Below, in pieces: positions 16,667 through 27,942 of a stretch of 64,000 nt of DNA; position 1 is the stretch's first letter; each line of letters starts with the position of its first letter. Location of the stretch: positions 56,716 to 120,715 of the IMG/VR virus record IMGVR_UViG_3300042290_000327; one strand, given 5' to 3'. The notes beneath the pieces are model-generated. The model saw nothing but the letters and a program-made list of their open reading frames with translations. It ran no database searches and was not told where the DNA came from. Both the position numbers and the translations under genes were made by a program. The DNA comes from a virus.

Positions 16667-17775
16667 TGGTTGATACTAGAAATAGCTTAGGCTTATTCGT
16701 TAGGTCAGCAAACCCAGCAGTAGCTAGAGGATCTAAACAAGCTTTCCAAGCCGGGAGAGTTGTAAAAGTTAACCTCGATCCAAACTTTCCCGATTTAGTA
16801 GGAAGCGTACATTATAAGATTCTCGGAAAAGTAACTGACAATCTACCCGCCGAGCAGTACCCCATCGCTTTTCCTCTCCAGTCTCATATCAGACACCTGC
16901 CGCTAGTTAACGAAATCGTACTTTTAGTTTCAGCAGCATCAAAAAATCTAGATAGTTTAGCTATTAGTAAAACGGTCTACTACTTAGATGTAGTAAATAT
17001 ATGGAACTCTCCTCATTTTACTGGCTTCCCCGAAGACACATCTTCCGACCCCAAGCTCGGGGAGTACTTTGAGGAAAAAGTAGATATAAATCCAATGCTA
17101 CCATACGAAGGAGATGTCATACTAGAAGGTAGAAACGGGCAATCACTTAGACTCTCTCAGACAGTACCTAATCTCACGCCCTGGGGAGGTACAGTGAAAG
17201 GAGACCCTATAACCATTCTGAGTAACGGACAGGTAGCAACTACAAACGGGTTTGAGTTTATTACTGAAAATATAAACGAGGATTTTAGTTCAATATATTT
17301 AACTTCAACTCAAACAATCCCCTTAGTAGAGAGCAGCGTTAACAGAAAATCATACTCTCAAAAACCAACTGAGACTAAAGCCTACAAAGGTAACCAGGTA
17401 CTGCTTAGTAGCGGTAGAATTTACCTAAACGCCTCTACTGACCACATACTACTATCCTCCCCTCTATCAATAGGACTATCAGGAGATACGATTAACATCG
17501 ATTCCACTAGCACCACTATTATTGAGGCAAATAAAATTGAGCTAGGGAAAAACGCTCAAGAACCTGTACTCCTCGGGAGTAGAACTACCGCACTACTTGA
17601 AGATCTACTCAATCAACTCTTATCTTTATCAATTGATTTGCAAGCTGCAATCTCTCTACCAACCGGAGGGCCGATAGTTCAGCTACAGAAAGCAGGAGTT
17701 GATATGGCAAGTAAAGTAAGCACGCTGAAAGGGCAGCTTGAAGGTTTAAAGTCGAAAAAAACCTTTACAAAGTAA
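16666..17775 (+). CDS. baseplate hub/spike protein (gp5/gpV-like)
   Basis: N-terminal OB-fold pattern (GRVVKV...PLVNEIV), EGDVILEGR.GQS.R, beta-rich C-terminus, KIELG...EPVLLG. Confidence 0.7.
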   Translation: MVDTRNSLGLFVRSANPAVARGSKQAFQAGRVVKVNLDPNFPDLVGSVHYKILGKVTDNLPAEQYPIAFPLQSHIRHLPLVNEIVLLVSAASKNLDSLAISKTVYYLDVVNIWNSPHFTGFPEDTSSDPKLGEYFEEKVDINPMLPYEGDVILEGRNGQSLRLSQTVPNLTPWGGTVKGDPITILSNGQVATTNGFEFITENINEDFSSIYLTSTQTIPLVESSVNRKSYSQKPTETKAYKGNQVLLSSGRIYLNASTDHILLSSPLSIGLSGDTINIDSTSTTIIEANKIELGKNAQEPVLLGSRTTALLEDLLNQLLSLSIDLQAAISLPTGGPIVQLQKAGVDMASKVSTLKGQLEGLKSKKTFTK

Positions 17776-18539
17776 TGGCACTACAGGGTTTATTTGGAGT
17801 ACTTCTAAGCCAGCGTGCTAAGCTAGAGCAGACCGTCATCTCACAGCTCAGTGTTTTATTAGAGCCCTATCAAGAGTTTTTAGATTCTACAAAGGACCCT
17901 GAAAGCCTTAGACAATTCTGTCCCACACCAGAACAGCTCCTGATACTGATAGCAACCAAAGATAACATAGAGAGCTCAGTAATAGCATTACAGCGGAGAG
18001 TCACTTCCCTACAGACCATCTTACAGCGAGTGCAGGTAGTTTTGATAGCTATACCTCCGATTATCACTATTATAAAAGCCCTACCCACTCCTAATCAGTT
18101 TACTACTACAGGCTTTGTTCTCACCCTTGGTGATAGACTGGAGAAGGTAAAAGAGCTCTCGCAAAAATACCGTGGAGAGGTTGCTGCAGGAACCTTCGTA
18201 CTATCTACGATTAACAGCACCTTTGCTACGATTCTAGGACTATTGCAGAGCTTAGATAGAATAATCGAGATTTGTGCCCCCAACCTTGTTAGTGAAAATG
18301 AAGAAATTAGAGCACTCTCTCAATCCCTTAATCAATCCATCACCCAGTTTAACAATTCCTACAAAGAGTATAAAATAGAGATAAGGATAGTGGATAGGCA
18401 AGCCGTAGCTCCGCAGCGCTACGCAGTAGCTATCGACCGGTTAGGGGTAGTGGTGCTAGAGGGTAGACCGTCCTTTAGCTCATCAACACAAGTACTTGTA
18501 GATGAAATTAAGTTTAGAATTGATCAACTAATTATCTAA
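17775..18539 (+). CDS. putative structural protein
   Basis: Coupled ORF in the baseplate operon. Confidence 0.7.
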   Translation: MALQGLFGVLLSQRAKLEQTVISQLSVLLEPYQEFLDSTKDPESLRQFCPTPEQLLILIATKDNIESSVIALQRRVTSLQTILQRVQVVLIAIPPIITIIKALPTPNQFTTTGFVLTLGDRLEKVKELSQKYRGEVAAGTFVLSTINSTFATILGLLQSLDRIIEICAPNLVSENEEIRALSQSLNQSITQFNNSYKEYKIEIRIVDRQAVAPQRYAVAIDRLGVVVLEGRPSFSSSTQVLVDEIKFRIDQLII

Positions 18540-18553
18540 ATCTATTTATAATT

Positions 18554-19027
18554 ATGAAAGCCAGTGAATTTAAAGAAATAATTAAAGAGGCAGTAAGAGA
18601 AGCTATTCAAGAGGAGTTAAAAACCATCCTCTCTGAAGCAGTGCATACCCCTAAGTCCTCAGTCTCTAGTCCTGCTTTTGAGAGCGTTTACCAAGCACCC
18701 AAGCAGCAACCCTTGCAGTTTACAAGCGGTAATCCGCTTATGGAAGCACTTAATATGACAAGCAGAGCCATGACTTCTGAAGACTACCAGAGCGGTAATA
18801 CTCAGTCACCGAGCACCGTTAGAGCTAATATGTCTGAGATGTTTGCAGGTAGTTCTTACTCCGCCAAACCGACTTACAAACCAGTCTCTGAAGACCCCAG
18901 GGCAGTAGCATCAGCAATCGCTGCAGCACCTAAAGTAGGATTAGATCTCTCTCAGTTGGGTTTTGTTAACAAAGCAGCCGCTATCGTAAAGCTAGCTGAT
19001 AAGAAGAGCCAACCATATGGCTTTTAA
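18554..19027 (+). CDS. hypothetical protein with IIKEAVRE leader
   Basis: TATTTATA at 18543; repeated IxE/LxE sites. Confidence 0.75.
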   Translation: MKASEFKEIIKEAVREAIQEELKTILSEAVHTPKSSVSSPAFESVYQAPKQQPLQFTSGNPLMEALNMTSRAMTSEDYQSGNTQSPSTVRANMSEMFAGSSYSAKPTYKPVSEDPRAVASAIAAAPKVGLDLSQLGFVNKAAAIVKLADKKSQPYGF

Positions 19028-19427
19028 CGTACGTAGGATTAACCCACTCGATCTACAGCCTAGAAAAGCTGTAGGAGTAGCTCTCCCCTTCCAGGGCAGA
19101 GCTGTTTTTAACTCTACCTACACCACTAAAGATGCCACCAGGACAAATTTAATAAATTTCTTTTTAACAGGGCAGAATGAGAGAGTTTTTAATCCTAGAT
19201 TTGGATCTGGAATTAGAAATTTACTTTTTGAAAACTTAACTCAAGAGAGTATTGATATTGCTACCGAGAATATTACGCAAGGCTTGCAGATATATTTCCC
19301 GCAGGTCGAGATAAGGAATTTGCAATTAGTTCCAATTTACGATGAAAACCTTGTAAACTTTGAGCTAAAATACGCTATTAGAGAGACGGGAATAACTGAC
19401 GAGCTTACAATAAATTTTGAACTATAA
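19017..19427 (+). CDS. baseplate wedge / sheath initiator (gp25-like)
   Basis: NLINFFLT..NERVFNPRFGSGIRNLLFE. Confidence 0.85.
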   Translation: MAFNVRRINPLDLQPRKAVGVALPFQGRAVFNSTYTTKDATRTNLINFFLTGQNERVFNPRFGSGIRNLLFENLTQESIDIATENITQGLQIYFPQVEIRNLQLVPIYDENLVNFELKYAIRETGITDELTINFEL

Positions 19428-21256
19428 TGGCAGAGGAAAGAGACATAAAGTACATTAACAAGTCGTTTAGTAGCTTCAAACAAGAGCTAATAAACTACAC
19501 TAAGAATTACTTCCCAGACACATACAACGATTTCTCACCAACTTCGCCCGGTACGATGTTTATAGAGATGGCTGCTTACGTAGGAGATGTACTAGCCTTC
19601 TACCAAGACACCCAGCTACAAGAAACCTACCTACAGTACGCCCAGGAAAGTAAGAACCTTTACGCACTCGCATATGCGATGGGATACCGTCCAAAAGTAA
19701 GCACAGCATCACAAGTGATTCTAGATGTTTACCAAACTGTACCTGCTAAGCTAGTAGGAGGCCAGCAAGTACCTAATTACGACCAAGCTCTAACAGTACT
19801 AGGCAACACACAACTTCAGTCAACTACAGGGTCTCCTGTAAAGTTTTTAATTGAGGATACAGTAAACTTCGGATTTTCAAGCTCCTACGATCCAACTGAA
19901 GTTAGTATCGACTCATCAACCGGCAATACGATTAATCTTTTTCTACTAAAAAAACAAGTAAAAGCTATCTCTGCAGAAGTAAAGACCCTAACCCTGCCAG
20001 TAGGTGCGCCTGAGAAGTTTAAGACTGTAAATATAACTGATGATAATATCTTAGGTGTTTTAGACATCGTGGAGACCGGGAATACCAGATGGTACGAAGT
20101 ACCTTATCTAGGTCAAGATACTACATTTGTAGAGCAGACGAATCTAAGCTCCGACGCCAGCACCACACCCTACAGCTTGCAGGTACAAAAAGTACCTCGA
20201 AGATTTGTTACCAGGTTTACGTCTACAGGCACTCTTCAGGTACAGTTCGGAGCAGGTACATCAGGACAGAGCGACTCCATAATAACACCAGACCCTACTA
20301 ATGTAGGCTTAGGAGATCAGATTATAGGTGTGTCAAAAATCGACACCGCCTATGATCCCTCCAACTTTATGTATACTGGAGCTTACGGATTAGCACCCGC
20401 AAACACAACTCTTACCATCAGATATCTTACAGGCGGTGGTGTTGAAGCTAACGTACCTTCAGATACCATCACAACTATACTAGCCTCCTCAGTAACAGCA
20501 ACTGTGACAGGTTCAGCAAATAGTCTCCTTTTTACAAATCCTAATCCTGCAGACGGTGGTAGGGATGGAGATACTTCTGAAGAAATCAGGCAAAACTCAC
20601 TTAGAAGTTTTAACGAACAGTTAAGAACAGTAACAAGAGATGATTATGCTATCCGCGCTCTTTCAATGCCTCCTAAATTTGGTACAGTAGCTAAAACTTA
20701 TGTAACACAAGATCAGCTAACGAGTAGTAATTCTACGACTGATAGCATAATTGACAGTAATCCTCTTTCCCTATCTCTTTACATCCTATCATACGATGGG
20801 AATAAAAAACTCGCTACATCTAGCGCTACTTTAAAGTCCAATTTAAAGACTTACTTAGGTCAGTATAAGATGATTACGGATGCAGTTAATATAAAAGATG
20901 CTTTTATAGTGAATATAGGAATTACTTACGAGATTATAGTATTACCTAATTTTGCAGGAAGAGATGTACTATTTAACTGCACCAAAGTTCTTAAAGATTT
21001 TTTTGCAATAGAAAAATGGAATATTAACCAAAGCATCAACCTATCTAGTCTCTTCCCGTTACTAGACAGAGTCAAAGGAGTCCAAACAGTCCAGAGTATA
21101 CAAGTCACTAACAAGGTTGGAGGTAGCTACTCTCAGTACGGATACGATATCAAAGGAGCAACCAGAAACAATACCGTTTATCCCTCCTACGATCCCTGCA
21201 TCTTTGAAGTAAAATTCCCAGACACCGATATAATCGGACGAGTAACTTCATTATAG
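19427..21256 (+). CDS. baseplate wedge subunit (T4 gp6 / baseplate J-like)
   Basis: YFPDTYNDF...GTMFIEMAAYVGDVL; GGRDGDT.EEIR...RTVTRDDY. Confidence 0.9.
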   Translation: MAEERDIKYINKSFSSFKQELINYTKNYFPDTYNDFSPTSPGTMFIEMAAYVGDVLAFYQDTQLQETYLQYAQESKNLYALAYAMGYRPKVSTASQVILDVYQTVPAKLVGGQQVPNYDQALTVLGNTQLQSTTGSPVKFLIEDTVNFGFSSSYDPTEVSIDSSTGNTINLFLLKKQVKAISAEVKTLTLPVGAPEKFKTVNITDDNILGVLDIVETGNTRWYEVPYLGQDTTFVEQTNLSSDASTTPYSLQVQKVPRRFVTRFTSTGTLQVQFGAGTSGQSDSIITPDPTNVGLGDQIIGVSKIDTAYDPSNFMYTGAYGLAPANTTLTIRYLTGGGVEANVPSDTITTILASSVTATVTGSANSLLFTNPNPADGGRDGDTSEEIRQNSLRSFNEQLRTVTRDDYAIRALSMPPKFGTVAKTYVTQDQLTSSNSTTDSIIDSNPLSLSLYILSYDGNKKLATSSATLKSNLKTYLGQYKMITDAVNIKDAFIVNIGITYEIIVLPNFAGRDVLFNCTKVLKDFFAIEKWNINQSINLSSLFPLLDRVKGVQTVQSIQVTNKVGGSYSQYGYDIKGATRNNTVYPSYDPCIFEVKFPDTDIIGRVTSL

Positions 21257-21273
21257 GGTATTTATTATAAACT

Positions 21274-22440
21274 ATGGCAATCTATAGAATTTTTCCCGAC
21301 AAAACAGCAACTCTCTATTCAAGGTACCCGCTTTTCAATACCGGTCTTGATGAGATAATGGAAGTAGACTCCTACTTCGTAGGAGATATCGGGTATGTAG
21401 CTAGAACTGTCATAGCATTTAATACCCAGGAGCAGAAAGATTTAATCAACAACGAGATATCTTCTTCTCTTGCAACTAAAGGACTTAATCTTCTTAATTT
21501 CTCTTCTTCATTAAGAGCATATTTAGCTGAAGGTAAAGAAGTTCCTATCGAGTATAAAGTAGAAGCTTATCCTCTGTTTGATAGCTGGGCTAGAGGAACC
21601 GGAAAGTTTGGCGATGTTCCTTATGCAACTGATGGAGTAACTTGGACCCTAACCAACCCCCCTACCAGCTGGACTAACCCTCCAGCAGCCAATACCACAG
21701 CTTCGTATTCCGGAAGCGGAGCTGTAGAGGGAGGACTATGGTACACCGGCTCCAACGGGATTAGCTTATATCATTCCCAAACCCATACCGTCAACTCTAC
21801 CCACGACCTAGATATAGACGTTACTAATTCAGTAAAGCTACACTACTCTCATTCAATAGGTCAGACCCAATACGGTCTACCAAACAACGGTTTTATATTA
21901 AAGCTTACCGGAAGCTTAGAGTTTGGAACCGGGAGTTTAGTGTTTCAAACCAGTAGGAATATGTTCCTAAAGTACTTTTCCGCCACCACCCATACCATCT
22001 ACCCGCCCGCTTTAGAGTTTAAATGGGACGATACTGTTAGGAGTACCACCTTAACTCAAGTCACGGATGATAACCCCGTCATCACTTTGAGCAATAATAA
22101 AGGCAACTACACTAACGAAGGTAAGCAAAGATTCAGACTAAGTGTAAGGCCGAAGTACCCCACTAGAACCTTTGCAACTAGCTCAAGCTACCTAACAAAT
22201 TATGTTCTTCCCGCCACTTCGTACTGGGGCCTTAGAGATGAGAACACTGAAGAGATGGTAATAGATTTCGATACTACATTTACTAAAATTAGCGCTGATA
22301 ATACCGGCAACTACTTTGATGTATATATGAGCGGCATTCAGCCTGAACGTCACTACAGGGTCCTTATTAAGACTGAGATCAGCGGTACTACTACTATAAA
22401 TGATGGCTCAAATACTTTTAAAGTTGTAAGAAATGGCTGA
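21274..22440 (+). CDS. virion structural protein (DNRLRE-like domain possible)
   Basis: ATLYS..P..NTGLDE, W..GTG, NNGFILK and YPPALEFKWDD; TATTTATT at 21259. Confidence 0.65.
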   Translation: MAIYRIFPDKTATLYSRYPLFNTGLDEIMEVDSYFVGDIGYVARTVIAFNTQEQKDLINNEISSSLATKGLNLLNFSSSLRAYLAEGKEVPIEYKVEAYPLFDSWARGTGKFGDVPYATDGVTWTLTNPPTSWTNPPAANTTASYSGSGAVEGGLWYTGSNGISLYHSQTHTVNSTHDLDIDVTNSVKLHYSHSIGQTQYGLPNNGFILKLTGSLEFGTGSLVFQTSRNMFLKYFSATTHTIYPPALEFKWDDTVRSTTLTQVTDDNPVITLSNNKGNYTNEGKQRFRLSVRPKYPTRTFATSSSYLTNYVLPATSYWGLRDENTEEMVIDFDTTFTKISADNTGNYFDVYMSGIQPERHYRVLIKTEISGTTTINDGSNTFKVVRNG

Positions 22441-22786
22441 AGAAGTACGTCTAAGTAGGACTGTTTTAGATCGCAATAAATTTAACGCAGTCGTTGACAG
22501 GTCTTTCAAAACCTTTGTAGAACCAGTTCCTGAACAGGATCCAGACACAGTACAAGAACTGTTTAGACTTTACGATAAGTTATTCTTTACTATTCCCATA
22601 AGGGGAGAAACCAACTCCCACGAACACCTAGTAAAGAGAAGCTCAGAAGTATACTCTTCTGAGGATAAGTCAGCTGAAATTCAACCCTTACTAGACGAGA
22701 TTGCACAACTCCGTCAGGAGCTTTTAGAAAGCAGTACTGAAATAGTAAAACTTAGTGCACAGGCAGTTCAACAATCAGAAGTCTAA
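22433..22786 (+). CDS. hypothetical structural protein
   Basis: Coupled ORF with C-terminal coiled coil. Confidence 0.7.
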   Translation: MAEEVRLSRTVLDRNKFNAVVDRSFKTFVEPVPEQDPDTVQELFRLYDKLFFTIPIRGETNSHEHLVKRSSEVYSSEDKSAEIQPLLDEIAQLRQELLESSTEIVKLSAQAVQQSEV

Positions 22787-25335
22787 TGGCAGAAACTACA
22801 TACATATTAACTGAAGAAGTTCCAAATGTAGAAGGAATTAACAGCTACTCAGCCGAAGATACAGGGTTAGTAGATCAGTATATTATTAATTCTGAGTTTA
22901 ACTCTACAACTGACCTTATCGAGCTATCGATATACGCTCAAGACAACACCCTACTCCAGTTAATCCCAAACTACACCGGGTATAAAGAGCTAGGTAACTC
23001 AGCAAGCGCAGGTAAGGAAGGAACTAGCGTTCTCTATATTGACCCTATTCAAGATAGTCAAACTCTAGGTTACAACCAAGGAGGAGTCTCTTTACTCTAC
23101 AACTTCTTAAGAAACATCTCAGATGTAAGCCTATTCATTTCAGAAATTTCTCCCGATAGAACGGAAATAAAAGCTAAGACTCTAGAAGAAGTCCCCGAGC
23201 TGTTGCTTGCTATAGCTGAGCTTCAAAAAAAGCTAAATACATCAACCTACTTTTACGACTTTAGGTTAAATTTTTTAAACGGCACCCTTTTAATAGGGAT
23301 AAATGTAAATGTAGATAGCGATAGAAACATCGTAATAAAGCTCTACGAACCCCTGCCAGCTTCAATTAACACTAAAGTAAACTTTAGATTAGTAGAAGTA
23401 GTAAGCGATAGTGTAAATTACAGTATTGAAGCTGTAACGCAGCCGGATGCAGAAGTATTCCCCATACTGAGAGGTCCCAACTTCACATCAGAACTTGATG
23501 GACAATCAGCTCAACCAACTGAATTTCTAGATTATAATCAACTATATCTCTTTCCAGTTACTAGTAGTTACTACAGGTTATTAAATCAAGTAAGTCAGAG
23601 CGGAGCCGAAATTAATATTGACTATGCTGACTACAATAACTTCGTTCACTTCTCCTCAGCTCAAGAGAGGTTAAACAATTTTGCATATAAACTTGAATTA
23701 ATACAAACTTACACTAGTGCATCTAACGCAATCAGTACAGCACTCAGCACAACCGCATCCCTAGCTTCCTCTACAAGCGTAACGTTCTACCAAAACTTAG
23801 TTAAGGGCGTAATAGAGAAATTTGATGGGTACGATAACTACCTATTTTTTGAAAGCTCTAGCTCTACTTGGCCAAAATCAGGAAGCACCTTACCGTACGT
23901 AAACTTTCCAGTTAGCAACGCCACAGCGATTAACTGGTTTAATTCACAGTCACTAGTCGCCTCACTTTATGATGAGGTAAATCAGAGTAGCCTAGTCTAC
24001 ACGGTTCCTGAATTTATTAGACAAGACACTTCTAATGCTCCGTATTCATTATTCTTAAATATGCTGGGACAGCATTTTGATAGCTTATGGGTATATGCTA
24101 GAGCTGTAACCGATAAGTACAATGCTGATAATAGAATAGACTACGGGATATCAAAAGACCTAATAGGGGAGGTACTGAAGAGCTTTGGAGTTAAACTTTA
24201 TAGCTCAAATTTTTCAATCGCTAATTTAAGCTCGCTATTCTTAGGTGAGTTTTACGATAGCGGATCCGAGCAGATAAGTTCATTTGTAACTGCATCAAAC
24301 CTCCCCACACCCGATAGAGATCTGCTTGCAGAGACTTACAAAAGAATCTACCACAACTTACCTTACCTTATTAAATCAAAAGGTACTGAAAGAGGTTTAA
24401 GAGCCCTTATCAATTGTTTCGGTATTCCAAGTGGGTCACTTCAAGTAAGAACTTACGGAGGTGTAAATACTCTAACCCCCACCCCCTACTTCGGACCTAC
24501 TGCACTGACCGGCAGTAATATCAGGCTAGACAACACCGGAAGCATTACCTCAGGAAACACTCTATCATACTATTCTACAATTCAGCAAAACAGTAAGAAG
24601 TATACTCAAGATCTAAACATCGTAGAGGTAGGATTCTCTCCCGCTTACAATTTAGATAATTTTATAAGCAGCAGTATAACTTCGAGCTTTGATTTAGATC
24701 AATACATTGGTGACCCTAGGTACCTATACCAACCCGGATATAATAACGATACGTACGGAAATTTAAACAGAGTAGCAGAAACAATACTCTCAGGCTCTTC
24801 AGCCTACGACGTACGTGACTTCGTGAGGTTAATAAAATTCTTCGATAATCAACTTTTTAAGATGGTTAAAGATTTTGTACCTGCCCGGGATATCACATCC
24901 TCGGGTATAATTATAAAACCTCATATCCTAAACAGAAGCAAGGTAAAATCCGTGCAATCCTCAGGAACAAGACCTGAATACACAGGTTCGATAGATACTG
25001 CATTTATCACAGGATCAAACGGAGGAGTGCTAGCTGACTACAGCACCGCCCACAGTCAAAGTCTGCGAACTCCATCAGGGCTATTAGTAAAGGTCTTTAA
25101 TGCTAATGAAGAGACTATCAACGGTGAATTAGGGGGATCAAATTTAAGATTATATACCGGTAGTTTAAATCCCAATAATCCGTTTAAAAAGTTAGAACAG
25201 CCCCTTTTAACTTTTGATATTATTAACACAACCAGCCCAACATCATTAGCGGGCAGTATTCCAGCTGGAGATATTTATATCTGGATTGAATCTAACACAA
25301 TCCTCTCAGAAGAACCGCCAGCTCCCCCAGCCTAA
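22786..25335 (+). CDS. large baseplate protein (gp7 / P2 gpI-like domain)
   Basis: YKRIYHNLPYLIKSKGTERGLRALINCFGIP. Confidence 0.7.
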   Translation: MAETTYILTEEVPNVEGINSYSAEDTGLVDQYIINSEFNSTTDLIELSIYAQDNTLLQLIPNYTGYKELGNSASAGKEGTSVLYIDPIQDSQTLGYNQGGVSLLYNFLRNISDVSLFISEISPDRTEIKAKTLEEVPELLLAIAELQKKLNTSTYFYDFRLNFLNGTLLIGINVNVDSDRNIVIKLYEPLPASINTKVNFRLVEVVSDSVNYSIEAVTQPDAEVFPILRGPNFTSELDGQSAQPTEFLDYNQLYLFPVTSSYYRLLNQVSQSGAEINIDYADYNNFVHFSSAQERLNNFAYKLELIQTYTSASNAISTALSTTASLASSTSVTFYQNLVKGVIEKFDGYDNYLFFESSSSTWPKSGSTLPYVNFPVSNATAINWFNSQSLVASLYDEVNQSSLVYTVPEFIRQDTSNAPYSLFLNMLGQHFDSLWVYARAVTDKYNADNRIDYGISKDLIGEVLKSFGVKLYSSNFSIANLSSLFLGEFYDSGSEQISSFVTASNLPTPDRDLLAETYKRIYHNLPYLIKSKGTERGLRALINCFGIPSGSLQVRTYGGVNTLTPTPYFGPTALTGSNIRLDNTGSITSGNTLSYYSTIQQNSKKYTQDLNIVEVGFSPAYNLDNFISSSITSSFDLDQYIGDPRYLYQPGYNNDTYGNLNRVAETILSGSSAYDVRDFVRLIKFFDNQLFKMVKDFVPARDITSSGIIIKPHILNRSKVKSVQSSGTRPEYTGSIDTAFITGSNGGVLADYSTAHSQSLRTPSGLLVKVFNANEETINGELGGSNLRLYTGSLNPNNPFKKLEQPLLTFDIINTTSPTSLAGSIPAGDIYIWIESNTILSEEPPAPPA

Positions 25336-25354
25336 GCATAAAGAGTAAACATAA

Positions 25355-27247
25355 ATGCCTGCTATAGAAACATATTTTACCGTTCGGAAACTTAGGATTA
25401 GTAAAACTAGTGCTAACGGAGTTGATATTACAAGACAACTCGAGAACGTTGAAGAAATTATTATACCCCACACCAGTGCTGTAGGTAATACTCCGTCCGC
25501 CACTCTTACCTATACAATTTTTGGAAGGCAGGAACTAAGCGACTCCTACATCTTTGACGTAACAGTCGGTGGCAATAATATTTCCGGATCAGATCAAACT
25601 GTAGTTAGTACTATCTTTGAACCTTTTACTTCGGAAAACTTTGATAACTCTGACTTTAACGCCCTCTTCAACAACGCCGTTACCCCAGCTAACACCGCTA
25701 ACGTTCAAAAAGTTGATTATTCTACCAATCCAAACATTCCTGTAAACATAGTTGCAATAAGAAACAATATAGCCGAGCGAGCGGACGTTCAAGAACTCCT
25801 CCACACAAGCCCGGGTCTAATCAGCGGCCGGTACGGAGGTAAGCAGCTAACTGGACAGTTCATTAATGAATTTAGAAACGGGGATAAGTCTTATGGTAAA
25901 ACCCCAGTTATCGAGCACACCACCCCCTACTTCTGTATATTTGACTACATATCCGGCTTCTCACCCGAGCACAACAAAGCCAACGCTATTGTAATATCTT
26001 ACATTGTAGACGAATTAGGAAACCTAACAACCCCCGACTCACCCACCGCCCTGCCGATCTTACAGCAAGGATTCCCTTCAGACTCTAAGTTTGAGATATC
26101 AATACAATCTTCAGCCATAGGAGGAACAGAGGCAAAGTTACTGGGGATGAACGAAGTTTTACGGTCAGGAGTAAGGGTTGAACCTATACTCTACAGCTAT
26201 ACAGCCTCCCAGTATCTAAAGCCAGCATACTCCGCCTCACACCAGCTTGAGTTCGATGTTGATGATAGTCTTCAGACATACGATGCCGCAGCATCAGGAT
26301 CAGGTACTCAATCTCCATCAACCTCATACCCGGTTACAACTGCCGTTACTTTTTCACTCGAAAGTAAAGACGACCTAAGTAATTACAACACAGGCACCTC
26401 TAGGTATTCATTTTCTCAAGATACTCAACAGCCGGTAAAATTCTCAGCTTATATTGAACATGAAGGAACTGCCTACGATACCGGCTACGGATTCGTAGCA
26501 GCACAAGTGAATTATAGGATAGAGGTTAGCAGTGACGGAACTTTTAATTCAAACACGATATCTACTTTAGCAGCGCAGACAGCTACCTACACTTCTAGCA
26601 CACCGTCTGGAGATATCGATCTTCAAAGCAACTTTAGTAATTTTAATAGCGGATCGGTAGTCCGGGTAGTAGTACAGCCTAGAGATTCAAACCTAGACAC
26701 CCTACAACTATTTGGAAGATCTTTCCAAGCAACTAGTTTTGCATCCGGATCAACGTTTGTAGCTCAATCAGATAACGGACAAGGATTCTTCTTCGCTACA
26801 GGAAGTGCTGCAACCAATACTACCTTAACCGCCAGTATTAGTCTTTCTTCAAAATATGATAATTTATATATTGGAATAAGAAACGCAACTGCAGCAAACC
26901 AAGGATTCAACACAGTAACCCTTCCTTTTACGGTCCAGCCCGGTGACGAAATTAAATTTAATAACGATGAAGCTAGAACTTTTCTAGTAACAGCCGTACA
27001 GGAACCCTCACAGAACACCGAACAGCTTCTTTATATAACTTTAGACTCTAAACCAAATAAAGCAGCCAACAAGGACTTCTTTGCCATTCGCAGGTACATC
27101 CCCTCCAGTAATATGATATTAATGAAAACTGACAGAGTAAGAGGAACTCAGAGTAACGGAATATTATTCCCTGAATACCCTTCTGCTAGACTAAAAGCAA
27201 ACTACGAAAGAATAATCTCCGACCTTAAAAACAAAGGTATTTTATAA
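25355..27247 (+). CDS. virion structural protein
   Basis: 630-aa S/T-rich ORF in the baseplate operon. Confidence 0.7.
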   Translation: MPAIETYFTVRKLRISKTSANGVDITRQLENVEEIIIPHTSAVGNTPSATLTYTIFGRQELSDSYIFDVTVGGNNISGSDQTVVSTIFEPFTSENFDNSDFNALFNNAVTPANTANVQKVDYSTNPNIPVNIVAIRNNIAERADVQELLHTSPGLISGRYGGKQLTGQFINEFRNGDKSYGKTPVIEHTTPYFCIFDYISGFSPEHNKANAIVISYIVDELGNLTTPDSPTALPILQQGFPSDSKFEISIQSSAIGGTEAKLLGMNEVLRSGVRVEPILYSYTASQYLKPAYSASHQLEFDVDDSLQTYDAAASGSGTQSPSTSYPVTTAVTFSLESKDDLSNYNTGTSRYSFSQDTQQPVKFSAYIEHEGTAYDTGYGFVAAQVNYRIEVSSDGTFNSNTISTLAAQTATYTSSTPSGDIDLQSNFSNFNSGSVVRVVVQPRDSNLDTLQLFGRSFQATSFASGSTFVAQSDNGQGFFFATGSAATNTTLTASISLSSKYDNLYIGIRNATAANQGFNTVTLPFTVQPGDEIKFNNDEARTFLVTAVQEPSQNTEQLLYITLDSKPNKAANKDFFAIRRYIPSSNMILMKTDRVRGTQSNGILFPEYPSARLKANYERIISDLKNKGIL

Positions 27248-27279
27248 AAGACATATTTATTAGTATAAACCACTAAAAC

Positions 27280-27936
27280 ATGGCATATTTAAACAACTCT
27301 GTAGTAACAGTAGATGCTATCCTAACCAAGAAAGGTAGAGAGCTTCTAGCAAGAGGCGATGGATCGTTCAGGATCACGCAATTCGCTCTATCTGACGATG
27401 AAATCGACTACACCCTTTACAATGTAACTCATCCTTCAGGATCCTCGTATTACGGCGAGGCTATAGAGAATATGCCGCTACTTGAAGCATTCCCGGATGA
27501 GACTCAAATTATGAAGTATAAGCTCGTGACTCTTCCTAGAGGTACAGCTCGTCTACCGGTCCTCAACATTGGCTACTCTACGATTACGCTAAAGCAAGGA
27601 GCCTCTCTAGCAATTACTCCTCAGACTCTTAATTTCTTAGGAGCTAATCAAACCTTTGAACCAAGTGGCTACACAGCCACTATTGCAGACGTAAGAGTTC
27701 TTGCAACATTTAACGGAGTAGGTATTAATACTGAAGAAGCAAACAGGTTGAACACCACCACGACTCTCGGTACTAATGTATCTAAGACAGTGATCGGTAC
27801 TTCAATTAATCTCTCAGCTACAACAGTTAATACATTGTTTGGCACTACTACTCAACTACAGACTACCCTCACGTTAATAGGTAGAGATTCTGGAGCAAGA
27901 CTTACCATTCCAGTAACCATCACTAAATCAAACTAA
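27280..27936 (+). CDS. baseplate/tail-collar structural protein
   Basis: AILTKKGRELLA...ITQFALSD resembles the N-terminus of tail-collar fibre proteins. Confidence 0.65.
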   Translation: MAYLNNSVVTVDAILTKKGRELLARGDGSFRITQFALSDDEIDYTLYNVTHPSGSSYYGEAIENMPLLEAFPDETQIMKYKLVTLPRGTARLPVLNIGYSTITLKQGASLAITPQTLNFLGANQTFEPSGYTATIADVRVLATFNGVGINTEEANRLNTTTTLGTNVSKTVIGTSINLSATTVNTLFGTTTQLQTTLTLIGRDSGARLTIPVTITKSN

Positions 27937-27942
27937 TAAGAT